64,000 nt of DNA from NCBI GenBank assembly GCA_002633005.1, contig NMRA01000380.1, positions 369,131-433,130 on the forward strand, in the 5' to 3' direction. The notes under the pieces were generated by a model. That model did no database searches. It was not told the DNA's origin and saw only the letters and a program-made list of their open reading frames with translations. How positions within the stretch are numbered: position 1 is the stretch's first letter; each line of letters begins with the position of its first letter. This DNA is from Phoronis australis (taxonomy: Eukaryota; Animalia; Phoronida). Positions 14,801 to 28,800 of the stretch are shown piece after piece. The position numbers and the translations under genes were made by a program.

Positions 14801-17800
14801 CTTGGTAGAAACTTATTTGCCAAATTTGACGAACATTCATCTTGAAATTTGAAAGCTATTGAGCCATTGGTAAAAGAAAAAATTTTCCACCACTTGGGTA
14901 TGCCATAGGGTACGGACTCATCTTAAAATCAATGTCACAATGAGGCTAGATTGGAACACTAATGCCAAATTTCATAAAAAAACCAGAACCATTGCTGGTG
15001 TTGTCAGATGGCGCTGGTGATTTGTATTCCACTGACACCGATTGCTCTGGCATTTTTGCTGAAATAGGCCTTGTGCTTTTCCAGACCAATATTTTTCAGT
15101 TTCCCGAGGTGACATGGGCCAGAAAAATAGATTGACTCTAAATGTAAATCTCAATTCAAAACAGTACAAATGTTCTTTTTCTAGCAAGAATATTCATTTA
15201 TGATCAAGTAAAAATGCTTCAGGACCAAATTTGATCGATGGCTGCCCAGTAGGAATATTATTTTTTTACGTTTTAGGTAAACATAACCAGAAAACAATCC
15301 ATGCCAAATTACGTGGTCTGGACGTCGCAAGTATTGCTAAATTTGCAGGATCCATGCGACAGGCACAAGCGCATCGCATGGTCATCGCCTATGGGACACA
15401 GTTCCATTATTTTCTTGGTTGCGTCTTTGTTGGACATAACAATGCAGGTCACATGGATATCGTATGTTAGGCACACATCAGCCCATCGCCGATAAATTCT
15501 TACCATTATTTTTATAAAAGGAACAAAAAACAAAGTGAACAATGGATACGCTTATCTATCGATATCTGTGCGACGACCTTGTGACCTAGTTTCCCTTGGG
15601 TAACGAAGACATGAGTTTTATCTTAGCGGTGGTGAAAGTATGGAAGAATAATGTCAACATGATACAAGTCATTGGTTGTATTAGTGGAATATTTTAGGTT
15701 TGACGTAGTCCCCAGTACGATGCTTATTAGGCAACTGCAGCCTGAAGCCGTCATTTTGGAAGTTTTGAAAATCCCATAACTTTCTTATGTATCGATTAGT
15801 TTTGGAAATTGAGGTATCATTTTTGCTTCAGTTGGGTAGCTGTATCGTGTTACACCGTCAGACTTGTTCAAATCCTTTAAAAAAATCACTTGGGGTTCCT
15901 AGTTATAGGGTTATAGGGATTGTGATTTACAAACTTTATGGAACTGCGGTAGCAGATCAAAATCGATCATGAAAGTTGACACATGAAATGAGGTACCAAA
16001 ATACAGAAAGAAAATAATTCAGATAATTATTGGAATTTATTTACTTGAGTTTTTCTGTATTTTGCAGTACGACATTGTGCACTGTGAGCGGAAGTAGAGT
16101 AACAATCACCATGGTGACCCTGAAACTTATTATCACAAGTCTCAGTTGTAGTGCAAATTAATGGGTTAAGAACTAATGAAAAATTATTAAAAGGTCTTTG
16201 ATATTGTTCCTAATTTTAGTTGCAGACACACCGAGACACCCAGCATTCATATATGAGTTTCAGTTGTCACCTCCTTCTAAATTACAAGGAGACAAACCAA
16301 AGAAGGAAAATGTTGGAAAATGCAAGCAATACAAAAAGTTGAAGGTAAAGAAACATCTCTTGGTGCTTAATTTCTTCATTCTTTACACTACTGTACACAT
16401 TTTATTAACATTTTGGCCAGTTAAAGCTTAACCAGCAAGAGGCACTACTTCTGATTTCCAAACAATCAACATTGAATGCTTCGTAGCAGTAGAGATTTGA
16501 ATAGCCTGATTTTTTACGAGATGGGTGCCAGTCGGTGATGCCACTAAGGTTAAACAGAAAAATCACACGCAGTGCACACCATTTTTGACACTACAGTCTA
16601 TAGAACTATGTTTGTCATTAAAAGTTGACCTTTTTTATTCTATCAATGACAAAAACACTAGTTAACTAAACGAAATAAAACAGAAACTCGTGCATTGCAA
16701 CTGCTGTTCCATTGTTGAGTAGTCCCATTCCTTAGTGCCCTCTTTTGGTTTCGTGAGTCGTAATAGGTTTACTAAGCTTGTGTACCCAGTCTCATAGTAG
16801 ATCAATTGTCTACATAAAAATACAGTCGGTTTTGATAGTACAGATGGAATTCACAATGCATCAAGTGGTAGATTGTCATAAGGTGTTGTCCTCTATCACA
16901 CAGGGCTGATGTAATTTCAGGACCAAAGGCCAATCTCAAAAGTTCGCCCAACCATGCATTTGGCCATGCCAAAGGGCACATTACAAAAAAAATTCCCATT
17001 TGGTTTCAATTCCAAATTGAGGCTGAATCCAGATACTAGTCTAATCCACTGTTTAGTAATTACCCACAACCATCTGTCTGGCATCACGACTCACAGACCT
17101 ATTATCTATGGTGGTTCAAACAGTTCTTTAAAAAATTATCCCAACCTAACTTATGAAAAAATCAATTTAAGAGTACCAACACTTAGTAAAATCCCCAGTT
17201 CATGACAAGTCAAATTACATTAGCCAGTGTTTTGTTGACACTAAGTCATCACTAATATGGTGCATTGCTCTGACGCACAAAAGGTTGTAAAAATTTCTAA
17301 TACAGTGTATTTTTATTGCGACTGTCACAGGATACATGTGCTTTATATTGAGACTGTGAGGAAGAGTTGACTAAAAACTCAAGATTTGAGGGAACCTTTT
17401 CCTATGAAACTGGGTAATGTTTTCAATATCCACCATGCAAATTTTCCCAAATATATGACCAGGACGTATCTTAGGAAAAAATTCCTCGGCCTACGGCTCG
17501 GCTTGTTTGTATGGGTATCACAGCACTGAAAAAGTGGGGGAGTAATAACCCCCCACCCCCAGGCCCCTATGGTATGAGCCACCCATGCCCATGGGCAGTG
17601 CAGCACTGAAATAAGTGAAGAGTCTATAACCCCCCCCCCCCAAGCGCCGCCCATGGTTTGTAGCAAACTAGTGCCGTAATACTTTAGGTACTTCATACCC
17701 CACGCTTTTACATAACGCTAAGTTGCCTTCTCAGCTATAAATCACTGTAAGCCACTCGTCCAACTTACCAAAATAAGTCATTATTGCCCAAGTCATTGCT

Positions 17801-17972
17801 TTACAAAATTTTTGGAGTGATGATGCAGAAGCCATTTTTCTTTTAGATTATCAACAGGAAAAGGCTCATTACCTTAATAAATCAGATGCGATTTGAAATG
17901 GCCAAGATTAGGAAAAGGCAAAAGGCAGTGCGTGAAAGGATGTCTGCAACCAAGCCAATCACAGAAGAATGA
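5892..17972 (+). CDS. Uncharacterised ~215-aa spliced gene; exons 5892-5916, 8931-9091/9094 (duplicate 10533-10693/10696), 11721-11919, 16220-16344, 17847-17972
   Basis: Five exons with canonical AG/GT and matching phases (1,0,1,0) give an open frame MSGMTSFM-DLSQSSS...PKFQAPFK...-EAGETTAPLSP...-IADTPRHPAF...KQYKKLK-IINRKRLITLINQMRFEMAKIRKRQK...EE*; Ser-rich N-terminus, basic helical C-terminus. Confidence 0.65.
7593..10799. repeat. Near-identical 1.6-kb tandem duplication (7593-9193 / 9195-10799) joined by a single N
   Basis: Offset 1602 bp, scattered SNPs and a 4-bp indel, N at 9194; identical 145-aa ORFs 8488-8925 and 10090-10527. Confidence 0.95.
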
Positions 17973-18380
17973 GCTATTTGTTTGCAAACTGAAAGCGGAT
18001 ATAAACCTCTCTTCTGTCAACAAAAACAAATTTTAGTTTAGAGCGCTTGACATTATAAAAGCTGATTTTAACTGAGATTAGAAACAACTTCTGGGTTTGG
18101 GAGGAATGGACAGTTCGCTATTGCTCAAGTTCAGGCTCAAATGAGTTGCTTGTCGGAATGTGCCATTTCATGCACCAAGCTGTCAGGTCTTCTCAACAGC
18201 CAGATGTCATCATCATCTGCGAGAAAGTTCATACTAGCTTTATACAACAGTGTGACGTCCAAATCAAATGCCGTATTCCACACTCTCGCTCTTCTCAGCC
18301 ATTAGGTAAGATTATCTTGATTGTACAATGGTGGCGCTGTGGGCAAGACAGGCTTCGCGGTCTTTTGTCCTTCAGAACCG

Positions 18381-18500
18381 TCAAGAAGGGGTGAAATGAG
18401 TCGTCGGCTGCATCCATGGATATTTATCCAGTTTATCCCACTTCCTTGAAACAGCATTGCAGCCCATGGCACAGCAGTAATACTTTCCCGGCACGACTTT
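18381..18500 (-). pseudogene. Degenerate THAP-domain N-terminus, probable DNA-transposon relic
   Basis: PGKYYCCAMGCNAVSRKWDKLDKYPWM...HFTP resembles the CxxxxC start of THAP fingers, then breaks down in stops. Confidence 0.35.
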
Positions 18501-18708
18501 AAGATGATATAAAACAAAGTATTCAGACGACATGTGGTAACATGTGAATCTACATAGGAGCGAAAGCGAGGCTGGTGACCTGCCTGCCACCATATCTGGA
18601 GGTGTGCCGCTATTTTGCACCTCATGGCATGGGAGAGCGATAAATGCGGAAGGTGAGAATTGCAAGTTTCGTTGATGAAAAAGGGGTTTATAACCACTTA
18701 AGATATTA

Positions 18709-18865
18709 CCGTAAACGTTGGGGTTAACGCCCTGGGCGGTAAAATTTGCAAACCCAAAAAATCGGGGGTGGGCGGTTAACCAGACATGGGCGCTTAAACG
18801 TGAAATTTCAAGAAATCCAGGGTGGGTGGTTAACTGAACATGGGCGTTAACCTGAACGTTTACGG
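18709..18865. mobile_element. MITE with CCGTA...TACGG termini and TA TSD (Tc1/mariner-pogo-like non-autonomous)
   Basis: TA|ccgtaaacgttggggttaacgccc ... gggcgttaacctgaacgtttacgg|TA. Confidence 0.8.
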
Positions 18866-19669
18866 TATTTTCAGCTTTTTAATTTATTGTTATTGCTAAT
18901 GTTTGAAATTAAATAATTTTATGTACACATATATTTACAAGTTATAGATTCTTTTTAAAAGACGTCATCTAGAAAAGTCTTTTGCAGTACAATTGTGATT
19001 GTGTCTGTGTGTGTCTAGACAAGAGCAATAAAAAGATTTGTTAAGTGTACATAATATATTAATTCTTTAAGTTAAGCATAACAATTACATAAAGAAAACC
19101 ACCGGTCAATGACTATTGAGTGATCTTCGTACCAATTTAACTCTATATAATTTTTATAATAGAGTAAACTAATAACAAACTCTTTGATCAAATATCGAAA
19201 CCATCAACTAGTCAAGACATCAAAAATCTTTTGAGTTCGCCAGAGTGATTCAGCATTCAGACAACAGGTGGCCTTAATGTGAAACAATTAGACCTAGCAG
19301 TTGTTCCCAAGCCTAGATATCACTTCCAATTTGAGCAAACAAAAAGGTGAGACCGATAACAAGTGGCTGAAATCAAAAGTTGAAGTGTGGTAGAGAATGA
19401 GGTGTTTTTTGCCCCCTTTCACTAAAAAGTGATTTGAAGAGTTCATACTCAATGCTACAAAATAAACATATCCAACAGCATTTCCCATCACCACGGCTGG
19501 TGAAAGCCGAATCCATTGTCTGGATAGTCTTCCCTCAAAAGGGAAATTAACAGGAAAGTTAGTAAGGTGGCGAGGCCATTTTGTGAAAAACTTGGTGCCC
19601 TTAGTTACTAACAGTTACTGTTGCTGTTAACAGATAGCCGTCATTCTAATCCCTGAGGACACTGATGCA

Positions 19670-19830
19670 CTAAAAGTTGTCCTTTGCTTCATTAAATAAA
19701 GTATTCAGCCAATCAGACACTAGGGGGAGGACCTTCCAGTTGTCAGTCACAATTGTGAAACACCTTTCGTTAATTTTCAACAATAGGTGGTGCTGTGGTG
19801 GAAGCAAAATTCCAACATGATGAATGACAT
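19670..19830 (-). CDS. AP5B1: AP5B1 last exon
   Basis: ttcag|AT GTC: [52 protein letters not shown]. Confidence 0.9.
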
Positions 19831-22800
19831 CTGAAATAAAAAGATACGAAAACCCAAGCTTAAGACATTTTTTTAAAAAGTGACGAATTTGGAACGGCTA
19901 AGCAAATTTAAAACAGAATTAATATAAAACTGGAATGAAATCAATCTGTGCCAAGATACGATACCAGTCAGCATTCTAGCTTGACTCACAAAAAGGCACC
20001 TTTACTCTCTGAAGGAGTTCTGTGTGGGGGAAAATATTTCCCCAGAGTAGTGAACTGAGTTGAAACTAGTTCTAATCAGATTGGGAGTTTCTTGTTTGGT
20101 GAGGAGAATCTAGTGTGCATTTTGAAGATATTCACATTAACGGGTTGCTGCCTGGGCCTCCAATAACCTAATTTTGAAACAATACTGATTCATAATATTT
20201 CAAAAATGTTGGACATATTAACTAGTCAAAAGGGTGTTTAAATTCCAACTGTGGATCACGCTCAAGAGAAAAGGGCGTTATACTTAATGAACTTTAAGTT
20301 AAATATCTGTTTTGTCTTTTTTAAATTCAAGTTTAAAAAAAATAATTGCAGGTAGTCTGGTACTTGTACCAGATGTACGCAGGCCGCCAATGCGGGCCCA
20401 GTGCACTGCCACCTGGAACCGTTTTATGTTTCATTAATATATAGTTAAAACTGAGCTGAGAGCTAGAAACCTGACTCAAGGGTCCAGCAGTGTGGCCAAG
20501 TGGGACTCAAATTCACGACCTCGAAAATTCATCGAGCGTAACGTTTTAGTTGCTCATGCTTTCAAAAAAGAAAACCCACCAAAGACCAGCAAAAATGATG
20601 CACGATCTTTTTTTACTCATTGCTTGCCAAATGATAGGGTATCAAACGTTGCCTACATGTCATTGTGCAGCTTAAAAAATCTTTGCTAAATTTGATTCGG
20701 GTGGACACTTTTAGCTAGTGGCTCCACATCTCCAAATGAATCGAGTAAGCTTTAGGTTGTATAGCTTTAACAGCTTTTAAAAAACACCTTCCAAAGCTAA
20801 ATAGTAAGTCATTAAAGAACTTGAAGAACACTTTATCAATGAAAACTACTAAATGAAAATCACAATCCAGTCATACCTTTTGGATTTGAGTAGACCGTAA
20901 ATCGCTTCAGTTTTGATAGGACAGATTTCAGAACATGAGATGAATGGGACTCGTGGCTCCAAGCGGACTGTACGCACTGGCTGCTGTAAATGAAATTATC
21001 ATTATAATAAGTATGTGAAGAATATATGTAGCATTTATGAGAGATGCTGGATAGATTTGACAGAGGTTAAATGTCTTGTGCAAATGGCAACTAAATTTGT
21101 TGAGGAACGGCAAATCTTGGATAATGGAACTACATGGGAGTGATTGTAAATGACCTAATTAAGGTAAATCAATTCTGAGGCAAGAGGGGACTCCTCGATT
21201 GACATGGAAAATAGAAGATGCATCAAGCAATTAGACAAAGTGCTTTTTGCAGGGGCAAATGAACACGAATTACAAAGCGAATCACCAAACCAGGAAAACT
21301 ATTTTAATAAAAAATAGCACTGTTAGGATTATATTATAGTGTATGCTAAATGTATCGCTATTACGTTATGAGACTGATGAGTTACGATGCCTCAAAGCTG
21401 AGCGTATCTGCGCATGTGCAGGCTTTAGCATGGGCGGTGCACCACAGGGGGGCTGGGGGGGGCTTTAGCCCCCCACTTTTTTCAGTGCTGGGCTGCCCAG
21501 GTTTAGTCACATGGTAATCCCTGTGACCTTTAAACTGGACAATGATGAACAGAATGACTGAAGCCTGCACATGCACGTATAACGTTCACAATCAAATATA
21601 ATTTGAGACTAGGAAAATACTCGAGGTGTTTCCTATGGGCTCAAAAATGAGCACCAAACCTCCATGAACTAACTTAGCTCTATGTTTTATAGACTTAACT
21701 AACCACTGCGTTTTAAGCTTCGTGCAGAGTAGGCAGAGTTCAAACCTTCGAAACCATGGATCCATCTAAGAACCTCAAAAACAGGTCAAAAGTTCAACCC
21801 TTTGCAGCATTGTAAACATGAGTAATTCTTGACTGGTGAGGACAAGTTGAGTAAATACACAAAGAACACATTACCTATTTTCTTTGCATGTAAAGTTTTC
21901 CCATAAAAGGCTAAACAGCTGCTGGCCAGTCATTTCCACACCAGAGGGTACTGGCAACAGTAGGAACAGGTCATCGAACTGCACAGTGATTGGTTCTAAC
22001 AGACACTCACAGGTGATGCCACTTGACGAAGTGAAGACGGCCCTAAAACACAAATGACTTTTCATAGCATGCTTCACACACCGGAGACATAAACAGTAGA
22101 AGGTAACAGTCCAATATTGGTACATTAAGACAAATCTCTTGGAGCCAGAACTTCCATCGCACACTCGCAGAGCTGAATGAAACCAAATCAGCTCCGAGTG
22201 TGATTTCAAGCAAGAGAATATAGTTCGAAAATATATTCACAGGTATGGAAATCATCAAGAAGTGACATTGGCAGTTAAGGATATGTACAGGGTGGGTCAC
22301 TGAAAAGCGATATGGGAAGAAAATTTCAAATTTGGCTAACTTAGGTACATCATATCTCAGAAATGTCGGATGGGATAAATATGAAACATTCAAATACTAT
22401 GCTTCGTATACTGTTCATGAATTGTTTTTAAAATCCACTTTTGCGTGAGGGAATATCAAAAATAAGACCTTTAATGGTCTTTATAAAAAACTCACCAGTT
22501 GCATAACATGAAAACTGAATCATAATTCAGAACCACATATTAAAAGTGCAAGTCACGAATCATTTTAATTGTAAAGCAGCAGCTCCACCTTTTGTTCTGG
22601 CAGGAAACCAACCCCTTACCTGACCTCACTGCTGTGGCCAGTACTTCAAGTTGACCTTACCTGATGTTAATAGATGAAGGAACAGGCTCCTCAGGGCACA
22701 CCGGCAAGGAAATAAATTTTCCTAAAACATTAACAAGAAATCCAATTAGAGGTATATAGCCTTCTAACAAAACAATTTTATTTTGAACAGCCAAAGATTC

Positions 22801-25800
22801 TTTGATAATTGCAATGCAAACATGAGTCCAGTTACTAGTAAACAACCTGAACACAGGAGCCACTACACAAAATAAGCAGTGCAGAAAGCGGCACGATTAA
22901 ATTTGTCAAAAATCTACTCTTTTGAGGTGGCTAATGCATCTAGTATAATTTCTCTAGTGACAGTTCTCAAGCAGCAGTTCAAAGTATTGACAGACATTTT
23001 TTTCTTAATTCCTTTATGAAAGCTCAGAATTCTAGTGATTTGTTACAAATTGAGCAATGCTGATCTACACTTTTTTAGGAATTGTAAAGTTCAGTCTATT
23101 CACCGACAAACTTTTGGTTGCTAACTTGACCAAACTTGTTAGAAAACAAAAAGTGCCAGCGGAGATAGGTAATGAAACATGACCAAGCACTAGCAGAGTA
23201 CACTCGCAAAAAGTTTGGCATCACCAAACAGTTTTGTCATGTTTGCTAACACGTTTCACTGATTTTGCCAGTGCAGACAGAACTACGAATTTTAAAATCA
23301 GCGCATATGTAAACAACGACATATTGATCGACGGTTTATGCTCTATAAACCAGATCTTAGCCAACGATAATGCCACCCTCAGGCTGCTCATTAATTAGGC
23401 TATGCATATACGGTTGAATCATGCTGAACGCTATCTCAACAGAAACCTTGGTTCATTTGAGCTCCAACTCTTTTGATTTCTGATCTCTCCCCTCAGAATG
23501 CAGTTTGATGTGTACCTGTACAGTCTGTTCTCCACCTGTGTCACCCAATTGAATAATAAGAACTTTTGCTTTTGTCTTGAGAATGATTTATAGAGAATAA
23601 ACCAAAACGTCAATCAATATGTTGTTTACCTTAGCTCTGATTTTAAAGTTCGTACTCATATTTTGGCCAAAACATTTAATGTAGACAGAACTTTGTGTTT
23701 TTAAATGCAAAATAAAAACGTACCAAAAGCACGAAGAAAATTTGCCGTCCATTACAATCATCTGAAGGGACTAAAATGTTAAATCAAGCTGTTTTAATAA
23801 ATTGCTGATCATTATTCTTAAAGTAATGGTGCAAAGTGTGTTATTTAGCATCTTTTCTTTATTTGGATGTTTTCATCGTCAATCACTTACCTTCACTGTC
23901 CGTAGTCAACGAAGAAATGTATAAATCTGAAAGAACAGCAAAAGACCGAACAGTCAAAAATACTAGCAAATAAACATCGTGCCCAAAAACTCCAACAGGT
24001 AAAGCAACACGGTGAGAAAAACCAAGTCAATCAGAAAAATCCATTTAAAACGCTAAGATGACCAAAAGTCATCGAACATTAACAATCATGGTAAAAATTC
24101 TTCAATTTGGGACAAACTTCCACATTTCTATTTTCTAGATGCTTAACATGTTGTTGCAAATGTTGTTTGGTAATAGCTACACCATACAAACCGTGCTAAA
24201 AGCAAACTAACCTTGCCTGAAAAGTTATTTTATTTAGAAATTTGACAAAATGAAATTTCACCTGTCCGCCATATTATGTGTGCTTAGAAGAACTGTCTAG
24301 TCCAAAACGTTCCATAAATTCATCAGAATTTGTTTGGTTCTGTTGATTAAGTTATAGCAAAAAAATAGGAAGAAACTACGACAAAAAAAACACTAAAACA
24401 GTTCAAAAAATTAACAGATTTTTTCAAAAACTTGCCTATTTTCAACAAAAAGATTTCGTAGACATGTTTTGAAAACTACATCAGGATTTTTATTCCATCA
24501 TCTGTCGTATAAAGAGGCTTACTTTTAATTTCCTGGTAACATTTGGGGGTCTCAATGTGAAGAGCGATAGCGTAGATGGTGTCAAACTCGCAATCTTTCA
24601 CCTGTTAATGGAAATAAAGCATTAACTCCTACGGATACATGCGAAAGAAGATCGAAATGCCAGCAAGTGAAAGTGGAGTCGAACCGGCGCATCTTGACCT
24701 CACAGTGCGACGTGCTAGTGTCAGTGATGAGTCTTACTTTGTCAAGTGCTTCCAGTTTTGTGTTTGCAGACAGAAACAGCTGAGTTACCATTGGCAGCCA
24801 GTTGTACCAGGTCAACCACCTTAGACATCCGAATGGTTCCCAATGACGACTTCAGGGTTACAGGCCAATTGGATGTTTTAGCCGGTTAACCCAGTAGTTT
24901 CGCCAAAGGCAATCAAGCGCAGTCATTGTAAACTCGCCTTGTTTTGCAATTTGGAAATAAAACTAAATCACGCTTGTATTGGCATATCCTTACCAAAGCG
25001 ATCTGATAGGAGAGCTTGATGGTGGGCCTAAACTGCGGAGAAAGGACGCAGGTTCTGTACAGACTCAACAAATTGGTTTCTTTCGCAACGACTGGAACAG
25101 TTGGTGTCAGCGTATCGTAGTTGGTCTCTAGTTCAATTCTGCAACCATAACATCAATATGTGCATAACGAAACAAAACATTCCATGAATAGGTTCATTTA
25201 CCAGGGCCCTCAATGCCTCCATTTTGGGGACAAATATCAGCCCCATTCCCATATGAAAAATATTTTAAAATCATACGACAATCCACTCATGAGAACCAAT
25301 AATTTCCCCTCCAATGATTAAAACTTTCCCTCGTGGTTAGAATCACTTCTGCAAAATGTTAGCACTGGCTACTTGAGGCACTGACGATGAAGGGTGGTCA
25401 CAGGCACCTTTCCCCTCGGGTGAGCAAGAGCTCTGTTTTTAGACACAAATTCAAGCTCGATTGTATAGAAATACCAGTGAGCAAGCAGTACAACCAAAAT
25501 TTCGAATGATTTAAAAATAATTTAAAAGTGTATGATCGAAAGGCTGCAGCATGAAGTCCCTTTGGTCAGAAAATTGGTCCTGCTCAGATATTTGACTGTT
25601 TTTGGCAAAAATTTTAGTAGACTGAACTTTATGCTCACAAGAGCAGTAGAATTTTCAAAAAATCCAAGGCATCATCAATTGAAAGTAAATTCGTTTGGTG
25701 GTAGTCAGTATGGCAAAAATTGTGAAGAAAATTGGGTGAAATTGACGCCAGTAAATAGTAAATTATTTCGCAAAAAATAATTGCCAAATTGTCATTTTCT

Positions 25801-28800
25801 TCTATTTTTAAAGGCTAATTACTTTGTTACACATAACAGACCATTAACCAAATGTTACTTGATGACATCTACACGACATGCAAACTAAGCAAAAATTGAA
25901 CTAGAATTTCCTAATCTTTATTTTTGTTGATAAACTTGAAAAAAACAAAATTTTAATGAGTAAAACAGGTGAAGAATTGCCATGTTGACTACACCAAAAT
26001 CTATCAAAAGTAGAATGCAATGACTGTGTGATTCAATTAAAAGGATACCAAGCCTGGTTTTGGCCTACTAATAGACACTAAAAACGACTCTCCCGTCTAG
26101 TTCTCTGAAACGAAATTATGCTCTGTAACCCTTGACAACCCTCAAAAGTTTGGAGAAAAATCTGAAAACTGTCAAAGTCTGATAAACGGGCATGCATGAC
26201 CTATGCTTTAATGAATTACGTGGCAACTGTAGAGAGAGACCACCCACCAAGAACCATAATGTGCAATTTGCGAAACAGGTGGCATGAGTTTCTAATTGAT
26301 TACTGCTTTTATCTTTCAAGACTGATGCATTAACAGGTGACAGAACGAGGATTGGTTGAAATCATCAAAAATAGGGTTTGATATCCTTTTAAAAATTTGT
26401 TTATGACTAATTTTGAAAGTCTCTATCATTCACCCTGGAATACAGAAATATTTAATTTCTTAAACCATACCTTTGCAGTTCAATAACTGGTTTATCAAGC
26501 AACCTCTTGGGGGCAGCAGTGGGGAAATTTGTGCTTCCTGAAATGAACCAGTTAAGGTATGTGGTTAACAACATTGAGTACAAGATTCTCAAAATGTGTC
26601 GTCTTCAGGGCGGTTATAATTGAGATCATATAATGGAAAACCTTGGAAATTGTATGGTAAAACCTTACTATTTTCAGACAAAAATAATAGCGAATTGGCA
26701 CTTTTTTCATTATTCAAAGTTTTCTCACATTGCAAGCGCCCACATTTTTTAAAAATATTGTTCGTTGGTATATATGGTACCGAACTTTAAAATGTCAAAG
26801 TGCTTTTTGATACTACGTAATACTATCATTTGCGAAAAAAATGAGAAAATAAAATTTCACCTGTCTGACATACTGTGTACAAACTGGTGAGATTTTACCA
26901 ACTCGTAATAATTAAAACTCTTTAAATGTGACTGTAAACATAGCTCAAAGTCTCAAAACAGACATTCCATCTTCAAGGGATCAATTGTGAGGTGATGGTT
27001 CAATCCATCGTCATGGTAGTGTTTCTTGGCCCACTCACTTTTCCCTTCTCATCACTCATTCCTCTTTGAAAATGGTTCCATATGAATTTCCATAGAAAAA
27101 TTAGCACTTCATGAGTAAAACATCGGTACATTTGAAAAGCCATGGACACAATTCTACACGTGAGTTATTCAGTATAATGCAACTATAAGTGGCCTAGCAA
27201 CAATGTATCCATGAGTGACGCCCTTTCAGCCTATTCTGAAGTCCCATATAAATTCCTTAGATTTTCAGAAAAATGAACACTACGTAAAATACAGTGTTTT
27301 CTCTAATAGTTCGTACACTCTATTAGATCCTACATGTCCCTTGAAACACAGAGTTTTTCTCTTATAGTTCGCACAGTAGGAGTCTGAGGGAAAAATAGTT
27401 CGTACACATATTTGCGTCGTAACATATTTCCCTTGTCATCTAACCGAACATTAATCAAGAGGCTAAAATTTTAGTGTTGAAAAACAACTAGCTCACTTGG
27501 CTGCTTCAAATCCTTGAATTTTTTATAACAAAAACTGATGTCCGTTTCTGAATTTTTTACTACCCATATTCTCTTCAAGGAAGATTTTGCGCACGTGCAG
27601 TTCAGTAGACAAAATGGCACGTACCTATTACATACTGTTGGCGTCTGAGATTTGGACAGGATATCGTGTAAGAGCATTAAATACTCGGTTATTTAACGAA
27701 AATTGAAATGGTGTCTATCATAAGTTAAAGTATTATTGATCTTGAGTACACTGTTGGTACTATTAGTTGAACCTCTGAGGTATTTGCATATCGCAAAAGC
27801 GCAATTCTTGTGTAGGGCGATATGTTTCAAAGGTGACTGCAACTGTCTTGCTTCAATTTTGCATTTGTAAGTAATACAACACTTCTGGGCCCAGGATCTG
27901 ATCTCCAAATTCGAGACTTTACTCGAACTGAAACACAAAACTTAACAAATCACGTCAAACAATTCAAGCACATATCATGCCAGTCAACTAGAAGTGTGCC
28001 ATGCTTACGGTCAATTGTTGAGAGATTAGACCCAGACCCTGATTGACCAAGAATTAAGTACGTTTTGAGTGGAGCTCATTAGATGTATTTATAAGTGTCT
28101 CAAACATATTTCATCTTTGCTTCTTCAACTTACAAATGTTGCAGATTTTGGGCCACTGAAATGCTCTCGACATACATAACTTTCAATGGCCACCATTACT
28201 TTTTCCCCATACCTGCTACTATGTTACTCAGTTGATCAGTAGTTCCTTGTTTACCTCCAGCATTCAGCAATATGCTTGATACCTGCAATAATCAAGTCAA
28301 AATTTAAGCTTAGTTTCTTCAAACATGGCTCACAACCTTGACCAGAAGGTGGATGACAACAGGGGGCACTTTATATCCATCCATTGAAGTAATACCAAAT
28401 GGTTGAACAGCTGTGCCAACCCATCAAACCCTCCCTTTGGATACGAGCCTGTGATTCGCAGAGCCTTACTGACAAAATGTCTAACTTAACATGCACAATT
28501 CGAACAAAAACAATAAAGTTCCGAGGTGATCACTGCATTCATCTAGGAAAATTAATTTGAAAACTTCGAAAATCCGAAAAAGTGACTGTTAAGCCATTAA
28601 CAAGTTGGGGCATTTAACAATTCCGGGAATGACTAAGTGTGGGACGATACTCATTCTTAGGAATTCAGTTATTTTCGGAAGAACTGATTATTTTTATTCG
28701 ATTCTTGTTTGTCAAATTAATTCATTTTTCTCAAGTATAAGTAGTTGCCTTACTACTCGCACCTATTATAGCTACAAAATTGTTAACTAATCATGATAAT

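Noticed and set aside
24660-24725. tRNA-like sequence on - strand (GGTTCGACTCC B-box); weaker example at ~20495-20560
   Set aside because: Cannot fold a full cloverleaf; at most degenerate tRNA-derived SINE heads
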